NCBI GenBank assembly: GCA_965644295.1
Contig: CBFFRP010000497.1
Location: forward strand, 1 to 20,781
Reading direction: 5' to 3'
Length of the DNA: 20,781 nucleotides
From: Paraphysomonas bandaiensis
Lineage: Eukaryota > Protista > Chrysophyceae
Shown here piece by piece: positions 10,761-20,740 of this stretch. A program made the translations under genes and the position numbers. Position 1 is the first letter of the stretch. Each line of letters begins with the position of its first letter. The notes beneath the pieces are model-generated. The model was not told the origin of the DNA. It saw nothing but the letters and a program-made list of their open reading frames with translations, and did not search any database.

Positions 10761-11824
10761 GTGATACAATATTATTATATCTATTAATGTGTTGAATAGG
10801 CTTTAATAACAAATCACTTTCTCTGCCTCGTGGTTGTGAGGAGTGTACAGAGGACCTCATACGGCTGTCTAGGATAGAAGAAACAGTATAACACAGACCT
10901 TATTTTTTACTCATCTGATAAATTTTAATAAATAGGCCATACATATACAATCCGTTTTAAATGACTATGATATTGAAGATCTATTCCGCTTAGGTCACAC
11001 AGTACGCTGTATAGAGACACTTAAATCACTGAGTGTGGTATGTCTGCAGGTAGTTGCGTGGAACAATTTGAAAATGGGCGACATGAAGACAGGTATGAGT
11101 ACAGATTAAAAGAATATTTCCTCCAAACGTGGAAACAATTTGCAGAAACTTTACTGATGCAAATAACAACGAAATTCCAGGAAATAACGTGTTGTACTTG
11201 TCCTCATACGCAGAGGTAAATATGTACATGAGTGGCGACTGATTTGTAACTTCTGTTAGATTTTAATACCAGATATCATCAGTAAAATTACTGATGCCGC
11301 AGATTACGCAATCGAAGCTGCGAAATGGAACACGAGTTCATGGGAACTTGGGATACGCTGTGTCGAAATCCTTCACTACACTACTGGTATATCTACATTG
11401 CTTCCAATGAGTGAGTTCACTTTCCTATATGTACAGGTGCCTCACTGACACGTCACATTGACAGGGATTCGGTGTACACATTGATTATACTCTTGTCTGA
11501 CGTCGATTCTTTTTCTGGAGGCGATCTCATTGTTGAAAATTTCGCAGAGAATGATGAGTTCACGTTTCATCCAGAAAGAGGGGGTGCTATTCTATTCGTC
11601 AGTGAAGCGAACCATGAAGTCACTAGCATTACCAGCGGACATAGGTCATTACTTTTGTTTCCCTGCTTTATGTATAAAACTTCTACAGGTATGCCCTCTG
11701 TGTTGAGTACTGGAAATACGAGTCAGCGACACTAGGATTTATGAGACCAGGAATAGAAGATGCCGAGGAGCCTCGTTCGACTTCGGTTGACTACCCATTA
11801 ACGATTAGCCACGATATATTTTGA
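10401..11824 (+). CDS. Secretory-pathway 2-oxoglutarate/Fe(II)-dependent dioxygenase (prolyl 4-hydroxylase-like superfamily)
   Basis: Proposed exons 10401 (or 10371)-10509, 10800-10885, 10936-10993, 11050-11092, 11113-11215, 11260-11386, 11437-11644, 11689-11824. N-terminal hydrophobic MIHILLFILHISLSISQ. Core LGIRCVEILHYTTGASLTRHIDRDSVYTLIILLS..FSGGDL..GGAILF..NHEVTSITSGHRYALCVEYW has the H-x-D...H iron triad and the 2OG-binding Arg. The junctions between 10993 and 11113 are uncertain. Confidence 0.85.
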
Positions 11825-12321
11825 ATATCAAGGGAGTGTAAATTCTCCTACTAGGATTGCTTGCTTGAGCATTAGTGTTCGACTACAATTAAAGACTGTG
11901 TTAATCGTTGTTTATGTTTTTTTTTAAATACCTAATGTTTACTCTTCGGATAATATATGATCCCATCCTAGCGAATACATATTTGACATATCTTTGTGTA
12001 CTACATACTACATAAGCCAAAATTGTAGGATTTCTACTTTCTACCCAGGTGAAGCAGACATTCTCTACACGCTACTGCACAGTGTATCTCGCAGTAACGT
12101 TGAAAAATAGTTATGGACGTGAAACATCCTACTCACTCAAACAACACCAACGCCTCTTTAGGCGATATATTACATAAGTCCCGCAAAAAGTTAGTAAAAT
12201 TTATCAAAAAAACTTACTACGACAGTAGCTTGTATGTTATGACATATGTACCAAAAACGATGACAATTTTCACTTCTGGGCGTTGACTGACACTGCAGTC
12301 TAAGAAAACCTCATACATCTC

Positions 12322-15300
12322 CTACCTTCTTTTACTGGAATATTCCGGCACCTGAGTACGAATTTCGCTCTTTGCCAGAGCCGTTAGGTGTACTTCATCT
12401 GGTCCATCAGCCAACTGCAAAATTCTAGCCCATGTCCAGAAATGGGCTAATGGAGTGTCTTGACTCAACCCCATAGCTCCGTGAGCTTGCATGGAGCGGT
12501 CGATCACTGCCTTTGCCATCCTGGGGGCCACTATTTTGATAGCTGCAATATCGTCCTTGGCAATTTTATTCCCGTATACGTCCATTCGATGAGAGGCGTT
12601 CAAGCATAACAAGCGAGCTTGGTCAATTTCAACACGAGAGTTCGCGATATCTGTTCGAATCGTTCCCTGCTCTGCTAGAGACTTGCCAAATGCAACCCGC
12701 TGAGTGGCCCTCAGACACATTAGCTGTAGAAGACACTCGTAAGTTGCTTGCTATCATATTCATCGCGAGGCAAACAGAAATATAGTATATATTACACCTC
12801 ACATGAAAGAAAGTAGTACCTGCAGTGCTCTCTCGGCTGCACCTATAATTCTCATGCAGTGGTGAATACGACCAGGGCCAAGACGCCCCTGAGCAATTTC
12901 GAACCCTCGTCCTTCGCCTACAATAAAATACAGTACAATGCGTTAAACAAAAAGAATAAAAGTAGTACTCAAATAACTTCATGTACAAACCTAATATAAT
13001 GTTACTCTTCGGAACTCTAACGTCAGTGAACTTCATATCGGCGTGACCATGAGGGGCATCATCATATCCCATTACTCTCATAGGTCTAATGATCTCAATT
13101 CCAGGAGCATCCATGGGAACAAGAACCATGCTACAACACCATTAGGTGTAATACAGCACAGAGCGTATAATATAAATGAGATCATACGGCTACTTGTCGG
13201 AGACATGTACAGTGTACCTTACCTGTGCCTTTTGTGGGGAGGGACTGAGCTAAGGTCACCATGGGTTCTTCCCATGAAAATGGCAACTTTGCATCTGTAC
13301 AACGTTTTGAGCAGAAGGAGATAACATCTAACACAACGGTATACTACAATACCTGGGGTCCATCGCTCCACTGATCCACCACTTAGTACCATTCAACACG
13401 ACATCATCTAAGAACAAAAATAATTACAATATTGCTACGGATAGATATATAGGTCAATCCGAATCAATACGAAATGCAAGTTATGTACTGGCTCGTGGCT
13501 TATCACCTCCATCCACCCGAACGGTAGCTTCCATGTTGGTGGCATCCGAGCTTGCTACCGAAGGCTCAGTCATCGCGAAACAACTCCTGATTTTCCCTAT
13601 ATAGGATATATATTTAGAAATACTAATGTAGCAATATGCATCATACACCCCGGCACCTTCTAAAAGAGGATTTAAGAATGCCTCTTGCTGTTCTTTGCTC
13701 CCGTATCTGGCCAGCACCTCCATATTTCCAGTGTCAGGAGCACTACAATTGAACACTTCAGGTGCTATGAGAGAGTGGCCTGTGAGCTAAGCGCCGAAGT
13801 TAGTGTGATCATAGGGCATGTACTTCAGTATACTAGCGAGTAGTCATAGTCTCAGATTCGTGTGCAGTACAATGAAAGCAATTACTAAGTGCAGTACGAT
13901 ACGAAATGAACATATACTAATAGATACGAGCAACATGTCAGTACTTACCTCTGCCATGATTGCATACTCAAGGTTGGTAAATCCTGCTCCAAATTTTCCG
14001 TTATCAGTTTCCTTGGGTAAAAACATATTCCATAGTCCCTCGCCCCGAGCTTTCAATTTTAATTCTTCCAAAACAGGAGACGGCTACAAGCACATAAAAG
14101 ATGAAATGTCACCCCAGTAAAGACTAATCACAATAAGTAACTATCACAATATCTAACTGAACGAAATGAACAAGACACTACAGTCTTACTGAAATAAGAA
14201 AAGCTGCACACCTGCCATCTATCATTTCCTTCATATCCTGCCATTGCAATTTCATTTTCTCTTGGCATCACATTTTCATTGATAAAACTCTTAAGCTTAC
14301 GTATAGTATCGACTGCCCTGGAACTAAGAAGGCCAGTTCCAACAAACAAATCAATACCGCGGATATCACTTAAATCATTCACGCCCCCTCTGTTTGGAAT
14401 AGTTTCCGCTGAGGCCTGCTGTAAAGGCTTCGTGGCTGAAAACGCACCACCCACAGAGGTTTTTTCGATAGATTTACTGTATTTCATCAGCAACTCTTCC
14501 CCCATTAAGGCGGATAGTTTGGCAAATTCTAAAGCCTCATTCGCGTTGGCTGCACTGGCATTACCCATAAGACTCCTACGGAAATATCATACGTTAAATC
14601 ACACACTTGCAATGCACATGCTGACAAGTGTGCGGAACCCATACGCAAAATAAGTACCACACAATATAGTCATATAAGTGTTTGCCGTGAATACATACCT
14701 CTTGTAGACCCCTTGTAAAATAGCCGTGCACCGGAATAGAGAAAACGCCAAGTAGTAATCGAGTATCTGGCGGGTGTCATTGGCAGTCAGATGAGGCTCA
14801 CCTATGGTTTTATCAGTACATTAGACAAACCACAATAATAATCTAGCAAGCTACGTGTACGATACAAAATAATTATAATGCGGTGTTGCAACGGGCTAAA
14901 ATATGTAGCAGATACCTGGTGTATATATGTCAAGTTGTCTACAGTATATGTCAACTGCTTCATTCAAAGACGGAATACCCAGGGAGGTGATGTCCAATCC
15001 TTTGAGGCCTTTCATGAAGCCATTTTCAGGAGAGAGATGATAGCATAATGAAAGCTGTATAGCGGTTATTAATCAGCAATATATTCAGCATTAAATCACT
15101 ATTATTTGAATTCCGTAGCCTATATACAATGACAAAATATAGTGCACCATAGCTTGCAGCATTTATATTTGAACATTCTAAACAACATATACTCACGTAA
15201 GCAAGATCTGCCAGACCATCACCAAGCGTGGACAGCTCCCAATCCAAGACAGCAGCAACTTCATCGCTGTCGGGTTTATATAAGACGTTGTCGACCCTAT

Positions 15301-16335
15301 AATCACCATGCACAAGGCATGATGTCGGTTCCGCAGAAGTGGGCAACATTCTTGGAAGATTCTCGATTAAGTAATCCATACTGGGGATATTCTCCGTTTC
15401 TGTGGCTTTATACTGACGGCTCCACGTCTTAATTTGACGAGCAATGTAGCCCTTGGTGGCCGCCTGATCTATAATTGAACATTTGTTAGAGGTTACTAGA
15501 ACTAGAACATTAGTTATAATGTGGACAGAAACTTCAAATCATTACGGACAATATATACACGAAATTACCAGTATTTTCAACCCTTTTCCCGAAGGATTCA
15601 AGCCCAACAGCATCTACATCCACCGCGTGTATACGTGCCAATGTATCAATCAGATTGAAATACATTTTAGTGCGAATCGATTTTCGCTTCACGCTACCCA
15701 TTGCCGCATCCTTGTAGAAGTTACCTTCAACAAAATCTACAGTTCCGATATACAATTATGAGAAGGGTAAAGTGAAATATCTGAGTACATTAAACACAAA
15801 CTTGATAACGCTAACGAACAGGGATATATACCAACATAATATATATCATTATAAGGTATACTTATCATACCATAGACAAAGAATGGTGACCCAATAATAC
15901 TCTTATCATCACAGTATAATCGAGTTTTAGGTACTGGTACATTTGTCTATATATGAAAACATATTAATTCTATAATAATAATCTAAAATATTCTTATATT
16001 ACCTTATTTAATGCTGTCATAACATGATATTCTCTATCTACAGCATGTGCTCCAGGTAATAAATCACCAGGTGGTTGTTTTCTGATTGTATATTTCATAC
16101 CACATGATGTTATTATCATAAATGTTGGATTACTTTGACCATGTGTAAATTGTTTAATAGTATAATTTGATTGTTGTTGAAATCCATTTAGTTGATGATG
16201 TTGTAGATAGTTGATTAAGTTGGTTTCATTAAATTGATGATTAGAACGTATGGATGTAGTTGGTGATGATGTTGTTGTTGTACTGAAATGTTTCAGTAAT
16301 GATGAGAATGTAAACTTTTTACGAGATGTTAACAT
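12322..16335 (-). CDS. ACAD11: ACAD11/IBR3-like bifunctional protein: APH-family kinase domain + acyl-CoA dehydrogenase, 15 exons
   Basis: N-half: [84 protein letters not shown]-half: [89 protein letters not shown]. All 14 introns are GT-AG and keep frame. No N-terminal HAD domain (which ACAD10 has). Orthology to ACAD11 versus ACAD10 needs a tree. Confidence 0.93.
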
Positions 16336-16412
16336 TTTAATAGTAATGTTTATATATATGTATGTATATATTGTGATGATGTTATGTATGTATGTATAGA
16401 TAGAGTCGATAG

Positions 16413-16443
<31 letters not shown>

Positions 16444-16937
16444 TGTACATGTATACTTGGAAGTGTAGAGGATATGACAGTCTCTATTGTACATACATAC
16501 ACACATACATGTACATGCATACATACATACATAAATCGTATACAGTATCCAGATTCGAAAGAACAGCAAGAAGAACAAGATCTTTATCAGCCATTACACT
16601 TCAATATAACTCCAATAACTGAAAATTGCTATTTTTTGGATAAATTATTGAAATATTTACATTATTATTTCATATAGAATGCCATTTTTTATAAAAATCC
16701 CTGCAAAAAGTTTGATATTATGTATAATATCGGGGATTTACAGAAATGCATCTTGCGTAATTGATAGAATTCTGCGTTAATCATGTAGGCATACTCCTGT
16801 ATACCGGTATACTCACGGTATATCATGTATAGATATCTATTCCATACACAAAGATCCAGAGCTCTATACAGATGCATGCATATATATGCAATATATGCAA
16901 CCAAAACTATTAAATAGTGGTAATATAGAATAAACTA
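16336..16937. promoter_or_regulatory. Putative bidirectional promoter region between the ACAD11-like and QOR-like genes
   Basis: 602 bp between divergent start codons; AT-rich; contains several perfect palindromes (16714-16731, 16799-16812, 16829-16840, 16877-16890). Confidence 0.55.
16340..16545 (-). repeat. (TACA)n microsatellite-like tract upstream of the ACAD gene
   Basis: + strand (TATG)n run at ~16414-16446, i.e. (CATA)n on the ACAD sense strand. It switches to (TACA)n on + at ~16489-16532. Confidence 0.9.
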
Positions 16938-18131
16938 ATGGTTATGATTGGAATAAGAACCCGTATATTACATTTTAGCCATTCATGTAAGCATTATCGT
17001 CAGAGATATTTGCATAAAGCTGTAGTGCAAAGGATTGCAACAGATCCGTTGCAAGCTATAGATAATATTACATTCGATACACTCAAACTTCCTTCCATAC
17101 AATCACTACCATCAAATGCTGTTATTATAAAAGTAAAAAGTGTTGCAGTTCATTGGGTGGATCTGTTGATGATGAGTGGTCAATATCAACATGCTCCACC
17201 GGTACCATATACGCCCGGACTGGAGTATGCTGGTGAAATAGTATCCACAGGAACAGAAGTGAAAACTTGTCATCCTGGCGATCAAGTGTATGTTGACATA
17301 TTTTCTGCTGGTCCTAGAAGTTATGGGGAATATCAGACGTACGGGGGGTTGGCGACTCACAGTATTGCTCCTGTGTCTGCAGTCAACAAGATCCCAACGC
17401 AGTTCGATTATGATATGGCGGCCTCGTTTTCAGGCGCATACGAAACTTCCCACCATGCGCTTGTAAAGTGTGCTGACGTAAAGCAAGGTGAAACTGTTTT
17501 AATTCATGGTGCTACAGGAGCTTCAGGAATGGCTGCTGTGCAAATCTGCTCTGCCCTGGGAGTCAATGTCATAGCAACAGGCGGTAGTGACGAAAAACTC
17601 AGCACTGTGACCTCTCGTGGATGTCTCGGTGAAGGACGGGTGCTGGGAACTTGGAATTATCGGGATTCTTCATTATCGTTGCGAGAAGTGGTACAACAAT
17701 ACGCTCCGATTGGTAAGGTCGATGTCGTGTTTGACACTGTTGGAGGAGCGAAATTGTCTGAAGATAGCCTTCGGTGTATGACCTTCGGAGGACGGTACTG
17801 TGTGGTAGGGTGGACGTCAACACCATTTGCAGGTGGGGGACGGGCAGCTGGGGCTCAACAGGCTACTGCGAACACTATTCCAACCAATTTGATCATGATG
17901 AAAGGTGTTCGCGTCATAGGATGTCCTGTGGCCATTCACACAAAACTTGAGCCTAATATACGGTATTCTAGAGTTAATCATCTGAATTCGCTTGTGGAGA
18001 AGGGTCTCTTGCGACCATACGTATCTCACCGGTTTCCATTTACCCTCGAAGGAGTGAAAGATGCTTTAACTGCAAAGTGGACCAGAAAAGTAACAGGAAC
18101 GGCTATTGTTCATCCTGACAGTGACGAGTAA
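16938..18131 (+). CDS. NADPH:quinone oxidoreductase / zeta-crystallin-like MDR-family reductase, intronless, 397 aa
   Basis: Single uninterrupted ORF. Motifs DLLMMSGQYQ..PPVPYTPGLEYAGEI, GETVLIHGATGASGMAAVQI (nucleotide binding), DVVFDTVGG, GGRYCVVG. No zinc-ADH GHE/Cys ligands. The Arg/His-rich N-terminal ~25 aa lacks acidic residues and resembles a mitochondrial presequence. Confidence 0.93.
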   Translation: MVMIGIRTRILHFSHSCKHYRQRYLHKAVVQRIATDPLQAIDNITFDTLKLPSIQSLPSNAVIIKVKSVAVHWVDLLMMSGQYQHAPPVPYTPGLEYAGEIVSTGTEVKTCHPGDQVYVDIFSAGPRSYGEYQTYGGLATHSIAPVSAVNKIPTQFDYDMAASFSGAYETSHHALVKCADVKQGETVLIHGATGASGMAAVQICSALGVNVIATGGSDEKLSTVTSRGCLGEGRVLGTWNYRDSSLSLREVVQQYAPIGKVDVVFDTVGGAKLSEDSLRCMTFGGRYCVVGWTSTPFAGGGRAAGAQQATANTIPTNLIMMKGVRVIGCPVAIHTKLEPNIRYSRVNHLNSLVEKGLLRPYVSHRFPFTLEGVKDALTAKWTRKVTGTAIVHPDSDE

Positions 18132-18480
18132 TGCAGCTATTTGAATTTAGAAATATAGCTGTTCTACTTCTGTGATGTGACGATTGTATAGCTTGTTTAG
18201 TTTGATGCAAACAAATTGTGAGAAGTACTACCGGCTATAATTGATAAAAGTAATTTTATGTAATATCCTAAACAATGAAATCAGATGTTATATATCGATA
18301 CGGCCCATAGATTCTGAAAATAATTATGGAGGACATGTGTGCGTTTAGGTACGTAGTATTCTTAAAAGGAGATCACTAGGTCTTATGTGACAAACGCCAG
18401 GGTAAGAACACAAAAATGTTTTTAGTACAATTAGACTTAATACGATAGTGACATTCTATCTCGCTCCTTACTAAAGTTAG

Positions 18481-20409
18481 TTAACGCCTAAACTTGGTTC
18501 CTATGAAAGTAATTGCTTCGTCTTCGCGACGTATTTCCAGTAACCGATTGTACTTGCAACCATATTCTAATGAATGCAACCCCCCTCCCATAAACTGCCC
18601 GGCACCAACACCTACGGCAAAGTCTGATATAAAGGTATCCGTAGTCTCAGGAGATTCTTCAGCACATGCTATTACAATCCCCCAGCCTATCTCGCGAGCG
18701 GTTTTGCACATTTCAATCGCATTTGATATAGAACCAACTTTTTCCAGTCGAATCTGCACACTTCATTATAAACAGTATTCGGATATCTAAATCGGTACCT
18801 TGATGGCATCAAATACTGCTTCATTCGCAAGCATCCTCATTTCCTCGGGGTTCTTACATGCAGTGTCTGCAATGATCTGAATATGACATGAATCATCACC
18901 TCCAACACCACCCATTGAATAATTCAATTCCCTAGTGCTGCCATCTGCCTTGAGAGTATCAATCGTCTCGGTGATACGCTATAATGCAAAAACAATAACG
19001 TTACATACCATTCTCACATGACATAATAATAGTTAGAACACAGCACATGCAACAGCTTCGTTAGTTGCACCAATGACAGTTCACTAACCCCTTTAAGATT
19101 TCGTAAGGAGGGAATGTCCTGAACATGAAGAGGGTCTTCGATAGCAACAACCTCAAATTCTTTCCATTGAGAAATAATGTTTTCCACTACATCAGTGCCT
19201 GATGCTGTAGGTTCGTCGCCATTAAATGTATATACGATCTCCTTTTCGCCATCTTCCTGTAATCAGAGTAAGTTATGGACGTTGTACAATAACTACAGTG
19301 TAGCTACAATGACAACAAGTATCGTCCATAATGTAGCATTGTGTCAAATACCTCCTGTGATATTTTTACGAAATTGCCGCCTTTGTAATCCACAGCTACT
19401 TTGACAGCTAGGCCTTCCCTCTCTTCGGTTTCATCTAGAGCAGACATAACTAGCTGTAAAAATTATGTTAAATATCATCTACAAATAAGTACGAGATGAA
19501 TTTACGAACAGTTGTCGTAATATGCAAGCATATAATAGAGTTGGTTTACCGTTAAGGTTTCTTCCATACTAGTAGCAGCCACTTGCATGCACCCAGATGA
19601 CGGAATTGATAGAGTAGCATTTTGTTTTGCGAGCTCCGAATATAGTCGGCTACCAGCTTGCAATAACGTCTCCAACGACGAATCCAGAGAGGAAGCAGAA
19701 ATGGGATACATATGCACCGTCTGCGTCCGCTTCTCAGAAAGATCACCAACAGTTCTGGACAGCACGGTAGGAATAGGGAGGGGGATTCTCGGCTCAGTGG
19801 ACGTAAGCTCTGAAATATATTGGTAAAGTGGTTGACCTTTATGGCGTGCACCTGCACGGGAACAAGCTATAGACACAGCCAATAATATCGCCGGGTCCAC
19901 CCCTATTATCACAGATCATCACTTTAATCTACATGCACACAATACACATACCAGCCAAGCCTTGCAACAACTCGTCTACTTTACTCATTTCTCTTGGATC
20001 TACCTTTTTCAGTGCATCATCAATTTTTACTTGGGATACAGTAAAGTCTTCAAACTTTGGAACAGCATCATCTATATCAATAGGAAATGCCACTCGACCT
20101 AAAAGAATATAAGCCTATACTTATAATACATATATATATAACAATACCAGTAAATGGGCCCAAATTAGTCATAACAGATGCTTCAATCCCACATGCACAA
20201 CATCCTCCTAATATCGGATGTAAAGTAACTTCAATTACTTCAGGCATTGTTTTTGCTTCAATTAATTTAGATATTTCAACATATGGATTAGTTGGACGTC
20301 TTTCAATAATATCATTAATAGTTTCATCAAGTATTTCTTCAATACAATATAATTTTAAATATTCTTCAATGATTTGTCGATCACTATTCTCATGACTTTC
20401 ATCATCCAT
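18481..20409 (-). CDS. Enolase-like protein (ENO4-like, probably catalytically inactive) with N-terminal RIIa/Dpy-30-like docking module, 7 exons
   Basis: Spliced product aligns by eye to enolase: AILLAVSIACSRAGARHKGQPLYQYI (cf. [26 protein letters not shown]), VAIEDPL, IQIIAD, GWGIVI..ETTDTFISDFAVGVGAGQ, KYNRLLEI. N-terminal IEEYLKLYCIEEILDETINDIIERRPTNPYVEISKLI fits the D/D helix-turn-helix pattern. Six GT-AG introns keep frame. Confidence 0.88.
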
Positions 20410-20740
20410 ATTATATGATTGATATATAAGATGTAATAGATAAGGATTATAGTATTGTAAAGTATATATATATGGAATTATGAGGGAGTGAGATGGATGT
20501 GTATGTATGTACTGCTGGGTGTGTAAAGGATCTCTATGTAGATGTATATGTAGATGGATGTAGATACTGTATATGTATGTTAATATATGAAGATGTATGT
20601 AGGTATATATATGTGTATGTAGTCCTCTGTATGTATATCCAACATACAGACATATGTGTAACGGATAGAGAGTGTATATATACAGAGTATACTGCTGCTG
20701 TATACTACTGTACATGGATTGATCTTGTATATATTTTTTG
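20410..20740 (-). repeat. (TACA/CATA)n low-complexity tract upstream of the enolase-like gene
   Basis: + strand rich in tatg/tgta repeats (gtatgtatgtac, atgtagatgtatatgtagatgg), i.e. CATA-rich on the sense strand. Confidence 0.75.

Noticed and set aside
12226-12324. Stop-codon readthrough of ACAD giving a cryptic PTS1
   Set aside because: Context TAG-GAG is not the TGA-CTA type, and the extension ends ..YKLLS*, not a PTS1.
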